Positions 19,692-29,368 of a DNA stretch of 64,000 nucleotides are shown in pieces. The notes under the pieces are model-generated. The model saw nothing but the letters and a program-made list of their open reading frames with translations, was not told where the DNA came from and did no database searches. The stretch's first letter is position 1; every line of letters begins with the position of its first letter. The DNA is taken from contig CABMEU010000029.1 of the NCBI GenBank assembly GCA_902385225.1, forward strand, positions 41,065 through 105,064, given 5' to 3'. Both the position numbers and the translations under genes were made by a program. Origin of the DNA: an uncultured archaeon. GTDB taxonomy: Archaea > Iainarchaeota > Iainarchaeia > Iainarchaeales > JAAZKV01.

Positions 19692-21479
19692 ATGGCCAAA
19701 GACGATCAAGTGGCAATGTTTGACATGAAGAAGGACTTGCGCGAGTACTTCAAGGTCGCAAGACCCTACGCTTTCTTTTTCGGTTTAATCGCGTTTTTTG
19801 TTCTCCTAATGAGTCTCGCCACGGTTGGGGAAAAGTTTGTTTTCAAAATCTTGCTTGATGAGGGGGCAAATTTTGTTGCGGGAAGCGTTACAAAAGCGCA
19901 GTTTATTGAATTAATTCTCTCTCTTGCGCTGGCATTTATCGGGGTGTTTGTAACAAAAGCCGCCTCAAATTGGCTGCGTCTTCACTTCATTAACCGCGCC
20001 GAAGGAAGCATGATGCTTGATTTAAAGAAAAAGTTTTTCGGGCACATAGTCGGGCTTTCATACAAATTTCACACAACACACAGAACCGGAAGTTTAATTG
20101 CCAGAATGACAAGGGGCGCCGGCTCAATTGAGGGGATAACAGATTTTATCAGCATCGGGATTTTTACTTTAATCATCCAAATGATTGTTGTCTTCATCTC
20201 AGTTGCGTTTTTTGATTTGGTTTCAGCTGTAATGCTTGTTGTTGTAATGCTCGCGTTTATTTTCTATGTGTTGTTCTTCCTTCGCGCACAGCAAAAAGCA
20301 AGGCTCGCGCTCAATAATGCGGAGGACTCTGAGAAGGCATTTGTGAGTGATGTGTTCACAAATATTGACACGATTAAATATTTTGGAAAGGAAAACAGGA
20401 CTTCCTCTTTGTTTGTTGATTTTGCGTCAAAAACCAAGGGCGGGTTCATAAAGAACTGGGATTTTGACCGCTGGACAGAGGCGGGTCAGACCTTTATTAT
20501 TGGAGCGGGGATTATGCTTCTGCTTTACTTCCCTTTAATAAAATTCCTTAACGGCGAAATCTCAATTGGAACAATCGCTTTCATTTACACAGTTTATCTT
20601 AATGTTGCCGAGCCGCTTGGCGCATTTATTTGGGGTATGCGAAGATTTTACCAATCCCTCGCGGATTTTCACTCGCTTACCCAGTACGGCGATTTGAAGA
20701 AGGATGTTGTGGATAAAGTAAATGCCCCCGCGCTGAAGATTGGCAAGGGTAAGATAGAATTCAATGATGTTTCATTTACTTATCACAAAAAGGAAGTAAT
20801 AACTAATTTCAGTCTCAAGGTTAATCCAAATGAGAAAGTGGCAATTGTTGGCTACTCGGGATCGGGAAAAACCACTTTGATTAAGCTTCTTTATCGTCTC
20901 TATGATTTAAATTCCGGAAGCATTTCTATTGATGGAAAAAACATCACGGGCGTAAAGCAGGAATCGCTGCGCTCTGAATTAAGCATAGTTCCGCAGGAAT
21001 GCATTTTGTTTAATGATACAATTTACAACAATGTTGTGTTTGCAAATCCGAAGGCTCCAAGAAGCGAGGTAATTAGCGCGCTAAAAGCCGCGCAGCTTTA
21101 TGATTTTGTCATTGGGTTGCCTGAAAAAGAAAATACTTATGTCGGTGAGAGAGGGATAAAGCTCTCCGGAGGGGAGAAGCAGAGGCTTTCAATAGCAAGA
21201 GCTATTTTGGCTAAGAGAAAAGTGTTGGTGCTTGATGAGGCGACCTCTTCGCTTGACTCAAAAACTGAAGCGCAGATAAAAGACGCGCTTAATATGCTTA
21301 TGAAAAACAAAACAACAATAATTATCGCGCACAGATTATCCACTATAATGGAAGCTGACAAAATAATTGTTCTTGATAAGGGGAAAATTGTTCAGAGCGG
21401 AAAACACAATGAACTCATAAATCAAAAGGGAATTTACAGGGGCTTGTGGAATATGCAAAAAGGAGGGTATATTGAGTAA
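19692..21479 (+). CDS. ABC exporter, fused permease/ATPase
   Basis: Six-TM domain, GYSGSGKT, LSGGEKQR, LDEATSSLD. Confidence 0.95.
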   Translation: MAKDDQVAMFDMKKDLREYFKVARPYAFFFGLIAFFVLLMSLATVGEKFVFKILLDEGANFVAGSVTKAQFIELILSLALAFIGVFVTKAASNWLRLHFINRAEGSMMLDLKKKFFGHIVGLSYKFHTTHRTGSLIARMTRGAGSIEGITDFISIGIFTLIIQMIVVFISVAFFDLVSAVMLVVVMLAFIFYVLFFLRAQQKARLALNNAEDSEKAFVSDVFTNIDTIKYFGKENRTSSLFVDFASKTKGGFIKNWDFDRWTEAGQTFIIGAGIMLLLYFPLIKFLNGEISIGTIAFIYTVYLNVAEPLGAFIWGMRRFYQSLADFHSLTQYGDLKKDVVDKVNAPALKIGKGKIEFNDVSFTYHKKEVITNFSLKVNPNEKVAIVGYSGSGKTTLIKLLYRLYDLNSGSISIDGKNITGVKQESLRSELSIVPQECILFNDTIYNNVVFANPKAPRSEVISALKAAQLYDFVIGLPEKENTYVGERGIKLSGGEKQRLSIARAILAKRKVLVLDEATSSLDSKTEAQIKDALNMLMKNKTTIIIAHRLSTIMEADKIIVLDKGKIVQSGKHNELINQKGIYRGLWNMQKGGYIE

Positions 21480-21526
21480 ATAGCAGTGAATATTAATCCA
21501 ATAGAGATTAAACTAATTAAGTGTTA

Positions 21527-22102
21527 ATGATGAAACCCGTTAGAATCCCTGCAAGAAGTATGCTTGAAAGGCAGCTAGAGAGATTGTATTCAAAGCGGAG
21601 AAGATTAAAGGTGCCTAGTCAAGGGCTCATGGTTGGTGCATCTGATTTAATTATTCGAAAGTTGTGTCCTAGCGGGAAATTTGTTCGCGCAAGGGGTATT
21701 GGAAGACATATGGTTTGGCTTATGTACTTTCGAGGTCAGAGAGAATTAGAAAAGGGGATTTCTGCCGAGGGGACGGTTATGGTGCTGGATAAAATGCTCA
21801 AAGAGTTTCCAGACTTTGCTGCGAGAAATGTGAAAACACAGAATAGTGTTTTATGCAAAAATCTCTCGAAGGTAGAACCCAAAATTCAAGAAGAGTTGCA
21901 AGCTTTGAAAGCAGCGATTGCCGCAAATCCAAGAACCGCCAAAGAGATGATTCCAATAACCGCTGATTTGTTGGGACTCGCTGCACTCATTCATGAGGAT
22001 GCGCTAGTGCGGGAGCTGGGTGAAGAGGGCGCTAGGAAATTTATGGGCGAATTATTTGCTGCCAAAGAATATTTTGCACAGAAATATCTTGAACGGAATT
22101 AA
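21527..22102 (+). CDS. Orphan protein with basic N-terminus
   Basis: MMKPVRIPARSMLERQLERLYSKRRR. Confidence 0.6.
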   Translation: MMKPVRIPARSMLERQLERLYSKRRRLKVPSQGLMVGASDLIIRKLCPSGKFVRARGIGRHMVWLMYFRGQRELEKGISAEGTVMVLDKMLKEFPDFAARNVKTQNSVLCKNLSKVEPKIQEELQALKAAIAANPRTAKEMIPITADLLGLAALIHEDALVRELGEEGARKFMGELFAAKEYFAQKYLERN

Positions 22103-22109
22103 GTTTATG

Positions 22110-22937
22110 TTAATCTGCAGTGAATAAATACTTAGTCGCCGATTTTATTCCAGTCATCACAAAAAATGCCCCTTTCTTCTTAAGGAGCCATTTGATTTCC
22201 CCTATGCGCGCAATTTTAAGTTTTGGTTTTGAGGAAACGAACTCAATTCCATTTTCTTTAAACCATTCTTTAATCTCAGAAACGCTGTGATAGCTCTCAT
22301 GCACTTGCCCGTATTTATCAGCGAGCCACGCTTTTCCCGCTTTTATGTTTTTCCCAAAATGTTTCTCCCCAAATAAAATTCTTTTCTCAATATCTGCCCC
22401 GCAAAATGACCAAAGCAAGAATCTTTTCAATCGGTGTCTAAATCGCGCGTACTTATTGTAAAGCCCGATGACAATTATTCCTTCATTCTTCAAATTAGCA
22501 CATGCGATTTCAAACCCCTTTTTTGCATCAATTGTGTGGTGGAGAGAACCAAGAGCAATAACCGCATCAAATTTCTTCCCAAATTCATCTCCATTAAGCT
22601 CCAAAATATTTTTGCATAGGAAAGTAACTTTGCCATCCGCTCCAAGTCTTTTTGCGAGTGCCTTTGCATTCTTTATTGAGCTTGAGCTAAAATCAACCGC
22701 GATAACCCGCGCTCCGCTTAATGCAAGCCCGCAGTCAAGTTCCCCGGTACCGCACCCAAGTTCAAGCACTTCTTTCCCTTTCCAATAAGTTGCATCAGAG
22801 TCGAATGAATCAGCCGCCCATCTGGCAAAGTAAATTGCGCCCTCTTTTGTAATATTCTTCCTCGCAGGATAGGGGTATTTCTCATAGAGTTCTTTTACAA
22901 GCGCCTCTTTTTGCTTTCCATTTTGTTTTTCATTCAT
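22110..22937 (-). CDS. Class I SAM-dependent methyltransferase
   Basis: YEKYPYP, LELGCGTG, GSLHHT. Confidence 0.88.
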   Translation of the reverse strand: MNEKQNGKQKEALVKELYEKYPYPARKNITKEGAIYFARWAADSFDSDATYWKGKEVLELGCGTGELDCGLALSGARVIAVDFSSSSIKNAKALAKRLGADGKVTFLCKNILELNGDEFGKKFDAVIALGSLHHTIDAKKGFEIACANLKNEGIIVIGLYNKYARFRHRLKRFLLWSFCGADIEKRILFGEKHFGKNIKAGKAWLADKYGQVHESYHSVSEIKEWFKENGIEFVSSKPKLKIARIGEIKWLLKKKGAFFVMTGIKSATKYLFTAD

Positions 22938-22990
22938 TAAATACAAGTTTGGAAGCAATGATTAAAACCCCTTTTGTTTGAGAATTACTT

Positions 22991-24070
22991 ATGCAGAAAA
23001 TAATTGGTTTGCTTGATTTGGATTATTTTTACGCGCAGTGTGAAATCTTAAGAAAGCCGGAGATTAGGGGAAAACCTGTGATTATTGTAATGCCTTCGCT
23101 TCGCGAAAACTCGGGGGCAATAGCGACCGCTAATTATGAAGCTCGGGCGCAAAAGATTCGCTCAGGAATGCCTCTTTCACTTGCAAAGAAACTTGCGAGT
23201 CCAGATAGTGTTTTCATTAACGCTGATAAGCCGTATTATGAGGAATTATCTCAGAAGGTATTTGAGATAGTTGATTTTTTCTGCGAGAAAGTGGAGCAGG
23301 TCTCAATTGATGAGGCATATTTTGAGCTCACTAATGCCTCAGACTTTGAGAAGGCGGAGGAGAATGCGAAGAAAATAAAGCAGAGAATTAAGTCAGAGCT
23401 TGGGCTTACTTGTTCTGTCGGGGTTGGTCCGAATAAATTAATCGCAAAAATGGCGGCTTCGGCAAAAAAGCCCGACGGGTTTTATTCAGTTCGACCAGAG
23501 CAAGTGGATTCATTTATTTCAAAGCAGAAAATATCCTCTCTGTTTGGGGTGGGTCCAAAAACAGAGGAAATTTTTAAGAAGCACGGTGTTCAGCTCGTTA
23601 GCGATGCGCGCAAGTATTCTAAAAAGGATTTTGTTGAATGGTTTGGGGAAGGAAACGGGGCAAAGTTTTACGAATATGTTTTTGGGAATGATTTGCGGGA
23701 GATTGAGGCGAATAGGGAGAAGCAGCAGCTCTCAAGGATGATAACAATGAAGCAGGACTCGCGTGATTTTGAATTCATCCGCCAGAACATTGATTTTCTT
23801 GCGGAGATGCTTTACAAAAAACTTGTTGAATTAAAAAAGAAATTCAAAACGGTTTCATTAATTATTGTCACGGAGCGGATGGACACAGTCACAAAATCCA
23901 GGACAAAAGAGCAGCCCATCGTTTCTTTGGAGGAGTTAAAAGAAATGGAATACACTTTACTTAAGGACTATTTGAATGAAGCCTTCTCAAATGTTCGAAG
24001 GGTGGGTGTTCGTGTCTCAAATTTTGATGAGAACACGGGTTTGCAGAGAAAGTTGCTTGAGTTTAAGTGA
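22991..24070 (+). CDS. dinB: Y-family DNA polymerase IV (Dpo4/Dbh)
   Basis: DLDYFYAQ, ANYEAR, SIDEAY, KPDG, C-terminal PIP box QRKLLEF. Confidence 0.95.
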   Translation: MQKIIGLLDLDYFYAQCEILRKPEIRGKPVIIVMPSLRENSGAIATANYEARAQKIRSGMPLSLAKKLASPDSVFINADKPYYEELSQKVFEIVDFFCEKVEQVSIDEAYFELTNASDFEKAEENAKKIKQRIKSELGLTCSVGVGPNKLIAKMAASAKKPDGFYSVRPEQVDSFISKQKISSLFGVGPKTEEIFKKHGVQLVSDARKYSKKDFVEWFGEGNGAKFYEYVFGNDLREIEANREKQQLSRMITMKQDSRDFEFIRQNIDFLAEMLYKKLVELKKKFKTVSLIIVTERMDTVTKSRTKEQPIVSLEELKEMEYTLLKDYLNEAFSNVRRVGVRVSNFDENTGLQRKLLEFK

Positions 24071-24096
24071 ATTATTAAATTATTTTTGGTGTTATT

Positions 24097-24723
24097 TTGG
24101 AAAATGTGAATTTAAAACAGCAAATTGCGATAAAGCAGCTTCTTGCTCTAAAAAAGCTTTCTTCAGCGCACAGGCTAGCCGCGGACGGGTGGGATGAGGA
24201 GTGGAAAATACTTGTAGCAACTCTGATGAGCGCAAGGACAACTGATAAGAAAACAATCCCTGTTGCCGAGGGGCTGTTCAAAAAGTACTCCTCAATAAAA
24301 AAATTAAGCAAAGTTTCTCCTGCGGCAATCGCAAAGCTAATCCGCCCGGTTAATTTTTACAAAACCAAATCAAGAAACATAAGCAGGCTAGCAAAGATAC
24401 TTGTGCGTGACTATTGCGCAAAAGTTCCGCATGATTTTGAGAAATTAATTGAGCTTCCCGGTGTGGGGAGAAAAACCGCAAATGTTTTCCTCGCGGAAGT
24501 CGGGCATAACACAATCGGGGTTGATACCCATGTGACTTATTGTTCCCGCTACTTGGGCTGGACGAAGCATGCGGAGCAGGAGAAAATAGAGGCGGACCTC
24601 AAATCACTCTTCCCGCAGAATTATTGGGGTGAATTAAACTGGATTCTTGTGCGATTTGGGCAAACTTACACAAATAGGCGCGAAAAGAATGAAATTCTTG
24701 ATAAAATAAAGCAAATTAAGTAA
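24097..24723 (+). CDS. nth: Endonuclease III-family HhH-GPD glycosylase lacking the C-terminal Fe-S motif
   Basis: LMSARTTD, LPGVGRKTAN, VDTHV; no CX6CX2CX5C. Confidence 0.88.
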   Translation: MENVNLKQQIAIKQLLALKKLSSAHRLAADGWDEEWKILVATLMSARTTDKKTIPVAEGLFKKYSSIKKLSKVSPAAIAKLIRPVNFYKTKSRNISRLAKILVRDYCAKVPHDFEKLIELPGVGRKTANVFLAEVGHNTIGVDTHVTYCSRYLGWTKHAEQEKIEADLKSLFPQNYWGELNWILVRFGQTYTNRREKNEILDKIKQIK

Positions 24724-24795
24724 TTATTCCGACGCTTTGTGCGCCCCCTTGGAATGATTTATAAACACATATGAATTAACCTTCATTTATTGGTG

Positions 24796-25311
24796 ATGTT
24801 GTTGGCTGAAAAGAAAGTAGTTGGAATAAAGAAAACTGATACTCTTGGGAGTGTTATTGATTCTTACCCTGAAATCGCGCCGGTGCTTGCTACTGCAGGG
24901 CTTCACTGTATTGGCTGCCACGTCTCCGCATACGAATCAATTGAAGAGGGCTGCCGAGCGCACGGAATGAGCAAAAAAGATGTTGATGATTTGGTAAAAT
25001 CAGCGAATAAGAGAATAGCGGAGTATGAAAAATTACCAAAGGTTTCTTTCACAGAAAAATCTGTTTTAGAACTTGATAAACGCTTATCAAAATCAAAGCC
25101 GAAAAAGAAATTCGCCCGCCTTGTGCAGGTATTTGGGGAATTTGATTTTGAGGCAATGGATAAGAAAGAAAAAGAGGATATTGTCATTGAAGCAGAGGCA
25201 AAATCAAAGAAGATTAGTGTTATTGCGTCTCCAAGGGTTGAGCGAATGCTCCGCGGAGTAAGAATTGATTTTGACGCAAAACAAAATGATTTTGTCGCGG
25301 CTAGAACTTAA
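24796..25311 (+). CDS. DUF1858 domain fused to a degenerate HesB/IscA-like domain
   Basis: GLHCIGCHVSAYESIEEGCRAHG, then VSFTEKS...LRGVRIDF. Confidence 0.7.
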   Translation: MLLAEKKVVGIKKTDTLGSVIDSYPEIAPVLATAGLHCIGCHVSAYESIEEGCRAHGMSKKDVDDLVKSANKRIAEYEKLPKVSFTEKSVLELDKRLSKSKPKKKFARLVQVFGEFDFEAMDKKEKEDIVIEAEAKSKKISVIASPRVERMLRGVRIDFDAKQNDFVAART

Positions 25312-26220
25312 CTAGTAGCTGTCCTTTTCCTGAACGTATTTTGCCGCAGTATGGGCGGCTGTTGCGCCTTCGCCGATGCAGGTTGCGATTTGTTTTAATT
25401 CTTTCTTTATGCAATCCCCTGCCGAGTATATTCCTTTAACACTTGTTTCCATTTTCTCATTAACAATAATTCTTCCTTCCTTGTCCTTCGCAACACTCAC
25501 AAACGAAGTATTCGGGTCTGAGCCGATATAAATAAATGCGCCGGATGCCGCGAGAGCGCTTTCCTTTCCTTTTTGTTTTATTAAGATTTTCTCAAGCATT
25601 TTTGCGCCCTCAAATCCAATAACATTAGTTTCAAGCATTATTTGCACTCCTTTTTCTCTGAGGGTTTTTTGTTTTGCGCTTTCCGCAGTAAGCTCTTTCT
25701 TTGAGGAGATTAAGTAAACCTTCTTTGTTACCCCCGCAAGATAAATTGCTTCTTCCGCGGCTCGGTTATCCGAGCCAATTACAGCGACCTCTTTTCCATT
25801 GTACATTGGTCCGTCGCATGTAGCGCAAAAATGCACTCCTTTGTTCAAAAATTCTTTCTCTCCTCTGACACCAAGCCATTTGCTTGAAGCTCCAACAGCA
25901 ACAATAATTGCTTTTGCGGTAATGGTTTTTTCTTGGAGGATAATTTCCTTTTCTTTTCCTTTTTCCTTAATTGCGCTTACTGAATCATAAACTATTTCCG
26001 CGCCCGCTTTTTGTGCTTGTTCCTGTATTTTTCCCATTAACTCCATGCCGTTAATATCAATGAAACCAGGGTAGTTTTGGATGCTGTTCGCCCAAGTAAC
26101 CGTTCCGCCCACAATGCCCTTCTCAATTACCGCGGTTTTTAGTCCGTATCTTGCGCAGTAAATTGCGGCGGTGAGCCCGGCAGGACCCGAACCAATAATT
26201 GCAACATCATAATCAGACAC
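25312..26220 (-). CDS. trxB: Thioredoxin reductase
   Basis: IGSGPAGLTAA, CATCDG, GIYSAGD. Confidence 0.93.
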   Translation of the reverse strand: MSDYDVAIIGSGPAGLTAAIYCARYGLKTAVIEKGIVGGTVTWANSIQNYPGFIDINGMELMGKIQEQAQKAGAEIVYDSVSAIKEKGKEKEIILQEKTITAKAIIVAVGASSKWLGVRGEKEFLNKGVHFCATCDGPMYNGKEVAVIGSDNRAAEEAIYLAGVTKKVYLISSKKELTAESAKQKTLREKGVQIMLETNVIGFEGAKMLEKILIKQKGKESALAASGAFIYIGSDPNTSFVSVAKDKEGRIIVNEKMETSVKGIYSAGDCIKKELKQIATCIGEGATAAHTAAKYVQEKDSY

Positions 26221-26331
26221 TACTAATCACGTATGAAGAGGAATGCGTGGTCTTTTTATTCATTCCTTTTTGGTTAAATTGTTCCTGCGAAAGGCAAAGT
26301 ATTTAAGCTTCTTTGGACCCTATTTTTTATT

Positions 26332-26784
26332 ATGCCAATTAAATCAAAAAAGAAAAAGAGTTCTTTTGCAGAGAGCGTGGCTCTCGCTGATTCGCTTGCG
26401 AAGAATAAAACACAGGCCGATGAGAATTACTCTGAAGAGAATTATTCAGGCAGTAATTATTCTGCTCCCAGCGAAGAGGTTATTGTTGAGGAAACTGTTA
26501 CTGAATCAAAGCAGAGGAAATCTGGTGGAAAGAAAAAGAAGGCCTCAATTAAAAAGAAGAAAAAAGTTCCCACTCTTGTTGATGTTGCGAAGAAGGAAGA
26601 GAGCGAAGAAACAAAGATAACTGTTGTTGAGAAACAAATCGAGACTTCCGGACCGCTTGTTGAAAAGCCATTTACAGGTCCTCGGGGAGGATTCTTTGAG
26701 ACTTTCGGCGGGCTTCTTGTTGTATTGATTATTATTGAGCTTATTGTAATCCTTGTGCTGGCCGCAATGATGTTTGTTAAGTAG
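26332..26784 (+). CDS. Tail-anchored hypothetical protein
   Basis: Charged low-complexity body and a single C-terminal TM. Confidence 0.6.
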   Translation: MPIKSKKKKSSFAESVALADSLAKNKTQADENYSEENYSGSNYSAPSEEVIVEETVTESKQRKSGGKKKKASIKKKKKVPTLVDVAKKEESEETKITVVEKQIETSGPLVEKPFTGPRGGFFETFGGLLVVLIIIELIVILVLAAMMFVK

Positions 26785-26794
26785 TGCTGGCATA

Positions 26795-27355
26795 TTATCT
26801 TTTTCTCGTAAAGAACCAGCCGATTATAATTCCTGCCACAAGAGCGATAAGCACGGCGAGCGCAAAAGACTCAACACTTATTCCAGCCGATGCGGTCACA
26901 GCTTCCCTCGCTGAAGCACTTATTGAGGCCCCCATTATTTGTTCCGAGGCAGTGCTCTTCAAGAATGGCGCAGAATTATCCGCTGCCCCCATTGCAGCGC
27001 TTTGTAGGTTCGCTGACTGCAGGAAAATAAAAATAAATCCTCCTACAACAAATACTCCAAGGCAGAGCATTATGAGAACTTTTACTTCATCAAAAAGATT
27101 TGGCTGGATTAACTGCTTTCCTTTTTTGGTGAGTTCATAATATTTCCATTTTCTTCCCTCATCCACCTGTTTAATTAAATCAGCGCCGATTAAAATATCA
27201 CAGTGCTCTTTTATCGTTGAGCTGCCAAGTTCAAGTTTCTGGCTCAATTCAGTGAGTGTTCTTCTCCTGTCAGTGAGATTCTTTAGTATACTCACTCTCG
27301 AATCAGCGGAGAGCGCTTTGAAGCTCTTTTCATCAAGTATAACGTTTTGCTGCAT
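26795..27355 (-). CDS. ArsR-type winged-HTH protein with two TM helices
   Basis: FKALSADSRVSILK, TELS, GRKWKYYELT. Confidence 0.85.
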   Translation of the reverse strand: MQQNVILDEKSFKALSADSRVSILKNLTDRRRTLTELSQKLELGSSTIKEHCDILIGADLIKQVDEGRKWKYYELTKKGKQLIQPNLFDEVKVLIMLCLGVFVVGGFIFIFLQSANLQSAAMGAADNSAPFLKSTASEQIMGASISASAREAVTASAGISVESFALAVLIALVAGIIIGWFFTRKR

Positions 27356-27412
27356 AAAAATCACTAAGCTTAGGTTAGCACTTAATACTTCTATCTTTTG
27401 GGCTTTTTAACT

Positions 27413-28396
27413 TTACTTCTTTTGTTCGGCTTTGCCCTCAGTTTCATTTCTTTTGGAAAAAATACGCCTTATTAGGAAGTAAATTCCGGCGCCCAAGTTC
27501 CGCACAACCAAATTCCCGATGAATAAAGTCAGAATAAGGGCGGCAATTGGGTAAAGTATCCATGCGTATTTAGCGAAGAGGCTTAGCATTGGGAGTTGTT
27601 TTAGTATCCCTTCCCCCAAATCAACTTTCTGGTTCTTCAGGCTTTGAATGACCTGGTCCTTAAAGCTCTGCGAGGTAACATATGTTTTTGTCGCATCAAG
27701 CTGGGAAACAAGTGCTAGCCCGTCAGGGTCGCCTTTTGCCGCCAGATTCTTTACAGAATCAAGTGATTGTATTTGTGTAATTGTTTGCTGCTGCTGTGTT
27801 GACATCGCGCCCGCGAGGCTCTCATTGAACTGGTCGCTTAATATTGGTCCGTTTCCGATTGTGTATGAGAGAAGCTGCGGAATAAAGTCATCCTGGTATT
27901 TTTGGGTATTTGTTAATGTGAAAAATAATAAGTAAATAAAAAAACCCGCGCATACAATTGAAACAATCCTTCCTGTGGCTCCCGCTCCTGAACGCAAAAC
28001 CGCCATATACTTCAATTCTTTCTCCCTTGCCGAAAGGTTCTTCAGGCTTATTGGTATTGCGAGGAGAAGTATTGCCATTGGGGCAAAGAAATCAATTAAT
28101 TGCGGGAATAAAAGCAGTGAACCCGCGATTCCAATAAGCGCTCCAACTAAGGCAAACACCATTGCGTATTTGAATAAATATTTCTTCCCAATTGCAAGAA
28201 TAAATCCCATTGCAAATGAGGCGCTGAGTAAAAATGCCGCGAAATTAATTGTGATGATTTCTTTGAGGAGGGGAATTGTGTTAATTGTTAGAAATTGTTC
28301 GATTGTGATTCCCGTAATTGAGAAAAAATACGCCGCCACAATTATCATTACTGCCGTAGCAACTGCGAAAACTACGCCCGGCGCCTTCTCATTCAT
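27413..28396 (-). CDS. Multi-pass membrane protein
   Basis: About six TM helices with a soluble loop. Confidence 0.7.
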   Translation of the reverse strand: MNEKAPGVVFAVATAVMIIVAAYFFSITGITIEQFLTINTIPLLKEIITINFAAFLLSASFAMGFILAIGKKYLFKYAMVFALVGALIGIAGSLLLFPQLIDFFAPMAILLLAIPISLKNLSAREKELKYMAVLRSGAGATGRIVSIVCAGFFIYLLFFTLTNTQKYQDDFIPQLLSYTIGNGPILSDQFNESLAGAMSTQQQQTITQIQSLDSVKNLAAKGDPDGLALVSQLDATKTYVTSQSFKDQVIQSLKNQKVDLGEGILKQLPMLSLFAKYAWILYPIAALILTLFIGNLVVRNLGAGIYFLIRRIFSKRNETEGKAEQKK

Positions 28397-28468
28397 GAGC
28401 AAAATAAGCTCTTTTTGGTATTTAAGGGTTACTTGGCGGTTTGTTTTTGTGCAGCGTTGGGATATGCC

Positions 28469-29260
28469 TCATATTTTTTCGAGCAAATAAATATGCTGGG
28501 TGTAATCCCCGCCGTCAAATTCATTTGCAGGCCGGTGGTATGATACTTTCTTAAAACCGCGGGGAATTATTGTGCGGTTCTCGCTTGTGAAGAGTATTTT
28601 GCCTCCTTTTCGCAAAATTGTGCGGCATTGTTGCAGGGTTTTTGTTAAATCCCCCGGGGTGTTATAAGATATTCCAAGGTTTGAATGAATAAAGTCCACT
28701 GAGTTTGGCTTAATCTTTTTTTCTAATTGCAGTGAGTGAAGTACCATCCACTTAATCTTCTTTGAGCCGCCCCATCTTCTCCACTCAGGCACTCTGGCAA
28801 GTCCTGTTGCGGTATAGCGCACCCCGGGAAGAGCCTTGACAATTTCTTTTGCAGCTTTCCCAACTCCCGTCCCAATTTCAAGTATCCTAAAATTTCTTTT
28901 GCCGGCTTTTTCACTGCGAATTAAATTCAATAAGTTTATTCCATAAAACTTGTTCAATCTCTTTAGCCCCGCGTCAAAACTGATTTCCCATTCACCATAC
29001 AGTTCGTAAGTTCTCTCCCGCCTATCCTTTTTTCTGCCTTGATTAATTAGTTCCAAATGATCCTTTCTTCTTATGCTCTCCTTCTCTCCAAACCTTGCAA
29101 CTGAATTAGCATGCGCCTTTTCTCTTAACCACTTTTCAAGCCTTACTTTATTTGGATCAATATTGTGCCTCTGCATTGTGTCCTCAGAAAATTTGTGGTA
29201 TCCGTCCCAGAGAATTTTGTCGAGCCTCTGTCGTTTCCTTGTGCCAAAACGCCTAATCAT
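28469..29260 (-). CDS. Basic orphan with class I SAM methyltransferase domain
   Basis: Arg-rich N-terminus; LEIGTGVG, SVDFIHS, LRKGG. Confidence 0.7.
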   Translation of the reverse strand: MIRRFGTRKRQRLDKILWDGYHKFSEDTMQRHNIDPNKVRLEKWLREKAHANSVARFGEKESIRRKDHLELINQGRKKDRRERTYELYGEWEISFDAGLKRLNKFYGINLLNLIRSEKAGKRNFRILEIGTGVGKAAKEIVKALPGVRYTATGLARVPEWRRWGGSKKIKWMVLHSLQLEKKIKPNSVDFIHSNLGISYNTPGDLTKTLQQCRTILRKGGKILFTSENRTIIPRGFKKVSYHRPANEFDGGDYTQHIYLLEKI

Positions 29261-29368
29261 ATAATACAAAGGGGCTTTGGAATTATTTATTCTTATGCGT
29301 TTAAGCGAAACTTTAGCCCCGATAAACCCTTAAAAATTCTTTCCTTGGTGACTTCTGTACTGATATTG

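Noticed and set aside
29165-29368. N-terminal extension of LeuRS in the ORF track
   Set aside because: Overlaps the divergent gene and promoter region; homology starts near the ATG at 29369
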